From an uncultured Parcubacteria group bacterium (GTDB lineage: Bacteria; Patescibacteriota; Minisyncoccia; UBA6257; 2-01-FULL-56-20): DNA of 59,659 nt. Below are positions 18,168 through 26,807 of the stretch, piece by piece. Below the pieces are notes generated by a model. That model ran no database searches. It had not been told where the DNA came from and saw only the letters and a program-made list of their open reading frames with translations. Where the stretch lies: positions 1 through 59,659 of the forward strand of contig CAIWCR010000010.1 of NCBI GenBank assembly GCA_903911245.1, in the 5' to 3' direction. Both the position numbers and the translations under genes were made by a program. The stretch's first letter is position 1. Every line of letters begins with the position of its first letter.

Positions 18168-18883
18168 AAAGTACAAAGAGAACAGTTATTCAGCGTTACC
18201 AAAATTCTTGTTGGTAGATGTAGATTCCCCAATCTCAGCAAATAAGAAAGCGCAATATCGACACCAACAAGAAAAAAGAAAAGAAATGCAGCAACAAAAA
18301 TAATTGTCATTGCTTCGATTGCCAATGCAATAAAAGCAATAATCAATCCGAGGCCAAGCGACACCGACATTCCAATAAGAAGCCCCGTACCCAACACCGT
18401 CCCCACGGTAGTACTTAGTCCAGGGAAAAACCCCTTATCCCAAAACGTCCATAGTGCCGCAATCGCCCCCGAAGATAGTGCACACAAGACGGAAAGGCCA
18501 AGGGTCCCGCCATGAATCGTCACCCTTATTCCCACCCCGATGCAAAAAGCGATAAAAAAACCTGAAACAAGACTATTTTTCGAATCAGCATCATCAAAGA
18601 TCCAGCCAGTAGAAACCCAAATAAGAGCGCCTGTCCAAAACGAAGAAAATAAAACGTTTGTCCACCATGGGAAAGAGAGGTAAAGCGGCAGTTGAATCAC
18701 CCAGTCTTTTTCCCAACGGATACTTGTAACTGTTGGTGGTATTGAACCGGCTTTTAGACATAGAATTGCGCCCATTATCAACGCAGCGATAACCATTGTC
18801 CAAAGTGACCACTCGACTACTAAAGACCATCTTTTTCTTTTTTCCACAATTACCCTCCCCTTTCTTTCGTGCTTTTTGCACAA
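18155..18883 (-). CDS. polytopic membrane protein, function unknown (start uncertain)
   Basis: Five or more hydrophobic helices, and a terminator at the 3' end. An internal Met (MVIAALIMG, about 18796) is a plausible alternative start. Confidence 0.5.
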   Translation of the reverse strand: MCKKHERKGRVIVEKRKRWSLVVEWSLWTMVIAALIMGAILCLKAGSIPPTVTSIRWEKDWVIQLPLYLSFPWWTNVLFSSFWTGALIWVSTGWIFDDADSKNSLVSGFFIAFCIGVGIRVTIHGGTLGLSVLCALSSGAIAALWTFWDKGFFPGLSTTVGTVLGTGLLIGMSVSLGLGLIIAFIALAIEAMTIIFVAAFLFFFLVGVDIALSYLLRLGNLHLPTRILVTLNNCSLCTLWLP

Positions 18884-19009
18884 ATTTCTTTCCTAAAAAA
18901 ATTATAAAAGAGCCATTCTGCTGACTATTTTATACACCACATGCGATCTTACGTCAAGAAACGACGTCAAGCCTATTGATGTCTTGAAATTAATTGACGC
19001 AATGATACA

Positions 19010-19738
19010 ATGAGCACAATATTAATTATGAAAGCATCAATCGTTATTCCTGCTTTTAATGAGGAAAAAAATATTTCTTCGGCGATTAAAGCTGCCTTGG
19101 CACAAGATTATTCCGATTTCGAAGTCATCGTCGTCAATAACGCAAGCACCGACAATACCGCAAAAATTGCTTCTCAGTTTCCGGTTACCCTCGTCTCCGA
19201 ATCACGCAAAGGACTGCTTTATGCCCGCGAAAAAGGCCGTCAAACCGCTACGGGCGATATTATTGCAAATATAGACGCCGACTGCCTACCATCTCCTCAT
19301 TGGCTTTCAACGGGCATCCCATTATTCAAAAATCAAAACGTGGTTGCCGTTTCGGGACCATATGATTATTACGATGGAGGAAAAGTTTTTAGAGCCATCT
19401 CGCTTGCTTTGCAGAAAACTGTTTTCACACTCGTCAATAAGCTTTTTGTTTCGCTTCGACGCGGCGGAACAATTATCGGAGGTAATACCCTTCTTCGTGC
19501 TGCAGCCCTCGAAAAAGCAGGAGGATACGATACCTCAATTCTTTTTTACGGCGAAGATACTGATACCGCACAACGCGTTTCTAAATATGGAAAAATAATT
19601 TTCAATCCTCGCTTAACAATGCCCACCTCGGCTCGTCGATTCAAAGCCGAAGGCACCCTTAAAATAACCCTTTTATACTTCCTCTATTTTTTCAGGATAA
19701 CGTTTTTACATCTTTTTCCTAAAAAAAAGAAATCATAG
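19010..19738 (+). CDS. family 2 glycosyltransferase
   Basis: SIVIPAFNEE, VVNNASTDNT and DADC (DxD-like) motifs. The start may be the ATG at 19028. Confidence 0.8.
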   Translation: MSTILIMKASIVIPAFNEEKNISSAIKAALAQDYSDFEVIVVNNASTDNTAKIASQFPVTLVSESRKGLLYAREKGRQTATGDIIANIDADCLPSPHWLSTGIPLFKNQNVVAVSGPYDYYDGGKVFRAISLALQKTVFTLVNKLFVSLRRGGTIIGGNTLLRAAALEKAGGYDTSILFYGEDTDTAQRVSKYGKIIFNPRLTMPTSARRFKAEGTLKITLLYFLYFFRITFLHLFPKKKKS

Positions 19739-20548
19739 TGCTTTCCCCGCTAAAAAATTTTTTATAATTTCTATCGTCTTTTGAGGACGATTCAAAACAA
19801 TAATGTGGTCAATGTCATGCATAATGACGAGGTTTGAGTTCTTTATTTTTTCCGCCATCGCTTTTCCATATTTAACAGGGAAAATAGTATCTTTTGCACC
19901 ATGAATAATAAGCGTTGGAATTTTTATTTTTTCTAAAATTTTCTCGCCCGCAAAATTACACGTATGCGCCACTGCATAACAATAAATCCAAAATCCGGTA
20001 TTTGTTATATCCGCAACAGTTCTTTGCACGTTCCAATCTCCTGTATTCAAATACTTTGAATAATCTATATGTCCTCCCTTGTTCTTGGATAAAAATGTCG
20101 GCTTTCTCTTTATTATAAAAGCGAGAAACGGTTTTATAATACGCATCGGCCACATTTTATTAACCGCAAAATGAGGACCTATGAAAATTGCCGAAGAAAC
20201 CATTTTTTGATATTTCCCAATAAAATCAATCGCAACCAGTGCTCCAAAAGAATTGCTTATAATGATGCATTTTGAAACGCCACAATATTTCAGAAGCTCG
20301 CGGAGATCGTCAGAAAATTTTTCAATCCTATAATCTTCATATCTATTAAATTTAATCGATTTGCCGTGGCCACGAAGATCAAGTGAAATAACATTATATT
20401 TTTTTTCAAAGGCGCGCTCATATACATGCCACGCAGAAGAACTACCCGAAACGCCATGCACAAAAAAAAGTGTTTCTTTTTGTGGATTAAAAGTATTACA
20501 TCGATAATAAAGTCCGCGCTTCTCAAAAAAGAATTCACGCATGGTCAA
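19733..20548 (-). CDS. alpha/beta hydrolase
   Basis: HGVSGSS oxyanion region, nucleophile elbow SNSFGA, and a C-terminal HDIDH. Confidence 0.75.
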   Translation of the reverse strand: MTMREFFFEKRGLYYRCNTFNPQKETLFFVHGVSGSSSAWHVYERAFEKKYNVISLDLRGHGKSIKFNRYEDYRIEKFSDDLRELLKYCGVSKCIIISNSFGALVAIDFIGKYQKMVSSAIFIGPHFAVNKMWPMRIIKPFLAFIIKRKPTFLSKNKGGHIDYSKYLNTGDWNVQRTVADITNTGFWIYCYAVAHTCNFAGEKILEKIKIPTLIIHGAKDTIFPVKYGKAMAEKIKNSNLVIMHDIDHIIVLNRPQKTIEIIKNFLAGKAL

Positions 20549-20564
20549 TATAATTGAAACAGTT

Positions 20565-21764
20565 TTATCGTTTCCCTAAAACCGAATAATATAAATCTTC
20601 AAGACGAGATGCGCTTCGATCAATATCAAAGTTTTTGCTATTTTTTAGACTTTGCTGGCCAAGCGCCTTCAATTTCTTTTCGTCAGCCAATAATGAAATT
20701 GCCTTTTGAGCACAGTCATGAACATCTTCTGGCTTGAATAATAATCCGTTTTTATCTACAAAAAATTTTGAAGCGCTGTTGGGAGCGTCGGCAATAAGAA
20801 TCGGAGCACCGCATGCCATTGCTTCAAGAACCACCATTCCTTCAAGCTCCGCAAGTGACGGCAAACAGAAAATATCGCATGCGTTGTAGGCAATCACAAG
20901 ATCCTCTCCAGCAATCCTCCCAAGAAAGAGAATTTTTTCCTGAAGCCGCATTTTTTTCACCAATGCTTGAAGCTCTTCTTTTTGGTGACCATCCCCCACA
21001 ATAAGAACTATTGCATTCGGCTGTTTTTTTAATATTTCAGGAACTGCCTTTATAAGCGTGGTAATACTTTTTTCAGGATGCAAACGCCCCACAAATAAAA
21101 TATGTTTGTTTTTATGGGAAAGATTATATTTCTTGAAAAAAGATTCGGAATTTTCTGGCTTGAAAAATGAGATGTCAACGCCATTAGTTATCACTTCATA
21201 TTTCATACTTGCATCCATTTTAGGAGATTTTTCTCTTGCAAATTCCGTAGGATACACCAAGGCGTCGGCACTCTTATACATCCATGCAAGATAATCAGTA
21301 AAAAGAGCACTGAGCTCATCGCGCCCCAATATTTTCGGAACATGCAAAAAAACATTTTCAGCCTGAGTATGAGAATGCATCACCACTTTAATACCTAAAA
21401 GCTTTGCAGCTTTTACAAAAGAAAAATTCGCTCCGAATGGAATAATAATATGAACAATATCAATATGCTCCTTCTTGAGAACCTTTTTTGCTTCTTCGAT
21501 TGTCGGTAATGCAAGATAAAACTTTCCCTCAGTCTTTGGAACAAGCACTGATCTGAACCGATATGTTTTTATTCCATTTACATCCCCCGAGGCTTGCGGC
21601 GTTTTTGCGCCTATAAAAATCACCTTATGCCCCTTTGCCGATAATCGCTCAGCAAAACGCCACGTCGATACCACACTCCCCGCAGTATAATCGATAGGAT
21701 CGCACACCATCGCAATATTTAGTTTTTTTCTCGCCTCGGTTTTCTTTTTCATAAGTGTTTTCAT
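20565..21764 (-). CDS. GT4 (group 1) glycosyltransferase
   Basis: GT-B layout. The EGMVVLEAMACGAPI block is typical of the E-x7-E region. Confidence 0.8.
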   Translation of the reverse strand: MKTLMKKKTEARKKLNIAMVCDPIDYTAGSVVSTWRFAERLSAKGHKVIFIGAKTPQASGDVNGIKTYRFRSVLVPKTEGKFYLALPTIEEAKKVLKKEHIDIVHIIIPFGANFSFVKAAKLLGIKVVMHSHTQAENVFLHVPKILGRDELSALFTDYLAWMYKSADALVYPTEFAREKSPKMDASMKYEVITNGVDISFFKPENSESFFKKYNLSHKNKHILFVGRLHPEKSITTLIKAVPEILKKQPNAIVLIVGDGHQKEELQALVKKMRLQEKILFLGRIAGEDLVIAYNACDIFCLPSLAELEGMVVLEAMACGAPILIADAPNSASKFFVDKNGLLFKPEDVHDCAQKAISLLADEKKLKALGQQSLKNSKNFDIDRSASRLEDLYYSVLGKR

Positions 21765-21799
21765 TATAGCAAGAAAAGATATCCTCGTCTAAAACAGAG

Positions 21800-22435
21800 T
21801 TATCCTTGAAACTGTTCGTAGTCCTTTATTTTCTTTTCAATTTTCTTAACACCAGTACGCTTATAAAAAATAGTAATAATGATTGCAAGTACCGTAATAG
21901 CTAAAAATGCGGCAAAATAATTCAAATATTTCGCTATTGATACATAAGCACCGCCGAAGAAAATACCGATAACCAAAAAAAACATCGATTGAATAATGGT
22001 AATAAAGGTGCATGTTTGAAAATAATGCTTATAAGGAATCTTAAGCGAGCCAGCGGCAAGGAGTCCGGTAAAACCAACGCCATGAAAAAGCTTTGACAAA
22101 ACAACTGCCTTTCTATGATTTCCTTTGAAATAATCTTCGGCTTGGTCCATTTTTTCTCTCGTGACACCAAAACGAGATCCATATTTAAGAATATATCCTC
22201 CGCCCCAATAACCGGCAAAATATAGCATTGCGTCACCAATTATATCGCCTGCGACGACCACGGCATATACTATAAATGGATCCATCAACCCCAAACTTAC
22301 CAAAAAACCACCAACAACCGTGGCAATAGGACCTTCTATGACTGAAAAAGGAAGAAGGATAGGATACCGATATGCAAGAAGAAGCGCAAAAAATTCATTA
22401 AGAACCATAGACATCATAATAACATAAAACGACAA
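21800..22435 (-). CDS. DedA/SNARE-associated family membrane protein
   Basis: About 200 aa with 4-5 TM helices. The PFSVIEGPIATVVGGFL block resembles the DedA motif. Confidence 0.7.
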   Translation of the reverse strand: MSFYVIMMSMVLNEFFALLLAYRYPILLPFSVIEGPIATVVGGFLVSLGLMDPFIVYAVVVAGDIIGDAMLYFAGYWGGGYILKYGSRFGVTREKMDQAEDYFKGNHRKAVVLSKLFHGVGFTGLLAAGSLKIPYKHYFQTCTFITIIQSMFFLVIGIFFGGAYVSIAKYLNYFAAFLAITVLAIIITIFYKRTGVKKIEKKIKDYEQFQG

Positions 22436-22475
22436 AGAGAAAAGAGAGAATAAATGACAAAACAGGCCTGTTTCA

Positions 22476-22483
22476 TGTATACT
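22476..22483 (+). promoter_or_regulatory. -10 promoter (TG-TATACT) 7 nt upstream of the ATG; leaderless geometry
   Basis: TATACT at 22478-22483, spacer ctttcat, ATG at 22491. Confidence 0.35.
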
Positions 22484-22490
22484 CTTTCAT

Positions 22491-23384
22491 ATGGATTACT
22501 TAATAACAGAAACAACCCCGAGTAGCGGCTACGAGCTTCTGGATAGCGGCGACGGAGAAAAGCTTGAGCGATATGGCGATATTGTCATGTCACGACCCGA
22601 TCCACAGGCGCTTTGGGAAAAAAGACTATCCCAAGACGACTGGGATAGGGCAAAGGCGCAGTTTTCCCACGCAGCAAAAAGCGCACGATGGGAGCTATCC
22701 CCCGATGTTCCCCCAAAATGGAAAATTGATTTTGCTGATTTGTCGTTCATGATACGTCCAACCGCATTTAAGCATACTGGATTATTCCCCGAACACGCGC
22801 CAAACTGGCAATGGATAAGTGAAAAAATAAAGAATGCAAAACGGCCAATCTCAGTTATTAATCTTTTTGGCTACACCGGCGGAGCAACCATCGCCGCAGC
22901 AAAAGCAGGCGCAACTGTCTGTCATGTTGATGGTTCACGCGTCGCCGTTTCGTGGGCGCGGGAAAACGCTGAACTTTCGGGGCAGAAAGATGCGCCAATA
23001 CGATGGATTATTGATGACGCACGAACCTTTTTAAAACGAGAAATAAAACGAGGAAAACAATACGATGGCATCATTATTGATCCGCCAGCGTTCGGCCATG
23101 GACCAGATGGTGATCTCTGGAAAATCGAAAATGACTTTCTTCCGTTTCTCGATTTTTGTAAAAAAGCCATGAGTGCTGATCCCCTTTTCTTTTTAATCAA
23201 TGGCTACGCATCAGGATATTCCGCTATCGCTTATAAAAACAACCTTGAAACGCTCATGATGGATAAAAAAGGAACAATTGAAATAGGAGAGCTCACCATA
23301 CGAGAATCCGATATTAAAGAAGAGTCTTCCCGTAAAAAAGGTCGTCTTTTGCCATGTGGAATATTTTCTCGATGGAGCAACTAA
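22491..23384 (+). CDS. class I SAM-dependent methyltransferase (RlmI-like catalytic domain)
   Basis: LLDSGDGEKLERYG N-terminus, NLFGYTGGATIAAAKAGA (motif I) and IIIDPPAFG (motif IV). Confidence 0.65.
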   Translation: MDYLITETTPSSGYELLDSGDGEKLERYGDIVMSRPDPQALWEKRLSQDDWDRAKAQFSHAAKSARWELSPDVPPKWKIDFADLSFMIRPTAFKHTGLFPEHAPNWQWISEKIKNAKRPISVINLFGYTGGATIAAAKAGATVCHVDGSRVAVSWARENAELSGQKDAPIRWIIDDARTFLKREIKRGKQYDGIIIDPPAFGHGPDGDLWKIENDFLPFLDFCKKAMSADPLFFLINGYASGYSAIAYKNNLETLMMDKKGTIEIGELTIRESDIKEESSRKKGRLLPCGIFSRWSN

Positions 23385-24046
23385 AAGTTCTTTATGAAGA
23401 TAATCATCTTATTGCCGTTTGGAAAGACGCTGGCGTTTTGACGCAAAGCGATCGATCGGGTATTCAGTCACTTTTTGATAAAGTAAAAATATATCTCAAA
23501 GAAAAATATAAAAAACCGGGGAATATTTTTCTTGGACTCCTCCATCGCCTCGATCGACCAGTTGCTGGTATCATTCTTTTTGCAAAAACAAGCAAGGGGG
23601 CAAGTCGCCTTTCCGAACAATTTCGCGAAAGAACATTGTCAAAAAAATACTACGCCGTAGTCGAGGGATCGTTCTTTCAAAAAAACGGTGCACTTGTTCA
23701 TATGATAGAGAAAAGAGAAACAATGAACGGTGGCCAGCGAGCCAAAATAATGAAAAATAGAGGCGATCGCGCCGAGCTTTCCTACGAAACAATTCGCAGT
23801 TCAAAAGATCGCTCTCTTCTCAGAATCAATCTCAAAACAGGGAAATTCCATCAAATTCGCGCACAACTTTCCGCCGAAGGACATCCAATTATAAACGACA
23901 TCAAATATGGCGGACATCAGGCTCCTCAATTCCCAGAGGACGCCGTTGCACTTGCCGCATGCGAATTATCATTCACAACAGCAACTGATAATAAGTACAT
24001 TTCCCTAAGACGGCCCTATCCAAAAGAGTGGGACACGATAGTATAA
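23372..24046 (+). CDS. RluA-family pseudouridine synthase
   Basis: LYEDNHLIAVWKDAGV, catalytic HRLDRPVAG and GKFHQIRAQL. The start is set at the second Met. Confidence 0.8.
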   Translation: MEQLKVLYEDNHLIAVWKDAGVLTQSDRSGIQSLFDKVKIYLKEKYKKPGNIFLGLLHRLDRPVAGIILFAKTSKGASRLSEQFRERTLSKKYYAVVEGSFFQKNGALVHMIEKRETMNGGQRAKIMKNRGDRAELSYETIRSSKDRSLLRINLKTGKFHQIRAQLSAEGHPIINDIKYGGHQAPQFPEDAVALAACELSFTTATDNKYISLRRPYPKEWDTIV

Positions 24047-24048
24047 TG

Positions 24049-24672
24049 TTATCGATGAAATCCCAAATCAGCGGGATTGTGTGCGCCTGAAACCCTTTCT
24101 ATTACGCCTCCGTCTTTTTCAAAAACATCCCTCATCTCAGCAACCTCATGCGCAAGCTGAACCGTTTCTTCGGGTAATTCTTTACTCTTAATACGCCCCC
24201 GAGACCAATACTCAATTACAAGCTTACTATCGCCAAAAATGTTTTTGATCCCATCTTTCCTTGCAATCACCAGTGCATACCGCAACGCCAAAAGTTCGCC
24301 ATAATTATTGGTTGCTCCTGCGTTTCCCACCAAATGTTTACCGAAACGATTCAGTTCTTTCGAGGTAAGTGCCTTATGAAGTAGATTTTTTCCTTTTTCG
24401 TCGGTCACGCTTATTTCAACGCCATCACCCCTGCCGGTTCCTGCATCGAAATAAATACCCGACTCGAGCCTCTTTGCTGGAATTGCCGGCTTCGGATCAT
24501 AACGAGCGCCATCATCAAGCCATCGCTCCGCATCTTCCTTACTTAGGAATCCACGATAACGAGCACTCGCCTTTCCCGAAACAATTTTTTCACATTTTTT
24601 CCAATCGTCCGTCACTCCGGTCGCACCGCCGGGTATCGTGTAGGCATAATATTTTTTCTTTGCTTTTGTCAT
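24049..24672 (-). CDS. RNase H (type 1) with an N-terminal hybrid-binding (Cauli_VI-like) domain
   Basis: The N-terminus KKYYAYTIPGG.TGVTDDWKKCEKIVSGKASARYRGFLSKEDAERWL matches the RNase H1 N-terminal/viroplasmin domain. An RNase H fold follows (DAGTG...NNYGELLAL...GDSKLV). Confidence 0.7.
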   Translation of the reverse strand: MTKAKKKYYAYTIPGGATGVTDDWKKCEKIVSGKASARYRGFLSKEDAERWLDDGARYDPKPAIPAKRLESGIYFDAGTGRGDGVEISVTDEKGKNLLHKALTSKELNRFGKHLVGNAGATNNYGELLALRYALVIARKDGIKNIFGDSKLVIEYWSRGRIKSKELPEETVQLAHEVAEMRDVFEKDGGVIERVSGAHNPADLGFHR

Positions 24673-24675
24673 TGA

Positions 24676-25635
24676 TTACGCATTAAATTTTTTCACAATT
24701 TCCAAAGCGGCACACTCCGCTTCTTTTTTAGAATTAAATGTTCCACCGCCTACATTTTTATGCCCACCCGCACCAGGAAAATGCTTCTTCAAAAAATTTC
24801 CTATATGAATATTTTTTTCTTGATGATGCCATGGATTAACGCCAAAACTCAATATAAAAGAACCGTTTTTTCTTGTAATGCGCACAGCATATAAAAGATT
24901 GGGCCAAAGATAAAATGGGGCATAACGCAACAATTTAAATTTATTCTTAGGTAATGTAATAACGCCGATTACTCCATATATTTTTGAGTTACGCTTATAA
25001 TATGCCAAACCAGCTCTTACTTCTTGTTGATATTTTTGAATACACTTTTTGATCATTGAATCATTGGTAATCGATCGAAGCGATTGCTCGATGAGTGCGT
25101 TAATAAACCATATATCCCTTTTGGCAACGCGAGGATCTTCGGTATATATCTCTAATTGAAGAGCAGACTCTTTTTTTTCTATCGTCTGCTTTGCAGAATC
25201 GTAACGAGCGGCATCAATCACATCAAGCCATCGTGCAAGCTCCTCAATACGCACCGAAGGAGAATATCCACCTTCTTTTTTAAGCGCATCCATTACAAGG
25301 TGGCAACACGAAAAATAATTCGGTTTCCATTTTTGAAATTTTGATTGTCTAAATTTCTTTTTCCAATCTTCCTTTCTGAACGCCGTTGAATGATGATCGA
25401 ACCAAAATACCGCTTTCGGATGATACAAAAAATCAAGAACGATTACTGGATTTCGCTTTCCGCTAAAAAGCCTATGGGTTTGGAAAAAACGTTCTTTAAC
25501 CCATTCATTCTGAATGCTGAAATCAACCGGAGTATAATGTCCGACGTCATCACCACGCGAACGCAAAAAATCGAGCATCACCGCTGCTGATGCTCGCCCA
25601 TCAAAATCATCATGAAAATAAATATCGTAAAGCAT
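24676..25635 (-). CDS. DHH-family phosphoesterase
   Basis: HDDFDG, FDHHS (DHH motif) and GGHKNVGGG (DHHA1-like GGGH) motifs. Confidence 0.6.
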   Translation of the reverse strand: MLYDIYFHDDFDGRASAAVMLDFLRSRGDDVGHYTPVDFSIQNEWVKERFFQTHRLFSGKRNPVIVLDFLYHPKAVFWFDHHSTAFRKEDWKKKFRQSKFQKWKPNYFSCCHLVMDALKKEGGYSPSVRIEELARWLDVIDAARYDSAKQTIEKKESALQLEIYTEDPRVAKRDIWFINALIEQSLRSITNDSMIKKCIQKYQQEVRAGLAYYKRNSKIYGVIGVITLPKNKFKLLRYAPFYLWPNLLYAVRITRKNGSFILSFGVNPWHHQEKNIHIGNFLKKHFPGAGGHKNVGGGTFNSKKEAECAALEIVKKFNA

Positions 25636-25641
25636 TAAAAA

Positions 25642-26769
25642 TTATTTTTTCTTTAATGCTTCAATCCCAGGAAGTTTTTTTCCTGCCAAAAAATCAAGCA
25701 TTGCCCCGCCGCCAGTCGAAATAAAACTAAATTTTTTATCAAGGCCGTGCTTTTTGAGAAATGCTACCGTTTCCCCTCCTCCCACAATCGAAAACGCACT
25801 ACGATTTTTTATAATCGCACGAGCAACAGAAGCGCTGCCATGTTCATATGCCCTTTTTTCCGTCATCCCAACAGGGCCGCTCCAAATGATTGTTTTTGCA
25901 TCAGAAATAATAGTACTGAATTGTTGCGCCGTTTTCACGCCAATATCAAATATTGCATCCCCTTTCCAAACGCAATCCTGAGGAAGTATCACTTTTTTAT
26001 ATTTCGATATTTTTTTGAAATCCTTCTTATCGCCCGCATCATTATCGGCAATGGATTTTTGAATGTCATATCCACGAAGACGAAGCATGGTATTTGCCGA
26101 ACCACCGCCCAAAAGAAACCAATCAGCTTTGTTTTTAAAATATTGAATTATGCCAAGCTTGTCCGCAGCCTTTGCGCCACCAATAACAAAAATAAGAGGT
26201 CGATGCGGCGCTTTCATAACTTTCCCAAGAGATATGATTTCTTTTTCGAATTCGAGGCCGGCATAGCTTGGCAAGATTTTTGTAATCGCGACAATCGAAG
26301 TGTTCGCTCGATGAGAGACAGCAAAAGCATCATTCACATAAAAATCAGCGCATGTCGAAAGCTGGCGAGCAAGCGACGCATCATTCTTTTCTTCACCTTT
26401 TAAGAAACGAAGGTTTTCTAAAAGAAAAATCGATCCGCGCGGAGCAGTAGTAATAATTTTCTTTATTTCTACAAAACGAAAATGGGGAATAAAGATAATT
26501 TTCTTTCCCAAAAGGCGTGAAAGGCTTTCTGCATCCCTTTTTAAATTTAAAGATTTTTCAAAACCAACCGGTATACCATTCACGATTTTTCCGCCCTGTG
26601 GTCTTCCACGATGGCTTATAATGACGATCTTTTCGCTCGTTTTCAAAAGCAATTGTATCGTCGGAAGAACTGCTCTCATTCTCCAATCATCTTTTGTATT
26701 AAAATCAAGCCTCAAAAGAGCTGTTCCCCTAAACATCTTTGAATTTGTCGTTCGTAAAAAATGAATCAT
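25642..26769 (-). CDS. pgk: phosphoglycerate kinase
   Basis: RLDFN, AFAVSHRA, and C-terminal SFISTGGGAMLDFLAGKKLPGIEAL. Confidence 0.9.
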   Translation of the reverse strand: MIHFLRTTNSKMFRGTALLRLDFNTKDDWRMRAVLPTIQLLLKTSEKIVIISHRGRPQGGKIVNGIPVGFEKSLNLKRDAESLSRLLGKKIIFIPHFRFVEIKKIITTAPRGSIFLLENLRFLKGEEKNDASLARQLSTCADFYVNDAFAVSHRANTSIVAITKILPSYAGLEFEKEIISLGKVMKAPHRPLIFVIGGAKAADKLGIIQYFKNKADWFLLGGGSANTMLRLRGYDIQKSIADNDAGDKKDFKKISKYKKVILPQDCVWKGDAIFDIGVKTAQQFSTIISDAKTIIWSGPVGMTEKRAYEHGSASVARAIIKNRSAFSIVGGGETVAFLKKHGLDKKFSFISTGGGAMLDFLAGKKLPGIEALKKK

Positions 26770-26807
26770 ATTAATTCAATAATAATAGCATATCAGATTT
26801 CAAAATT

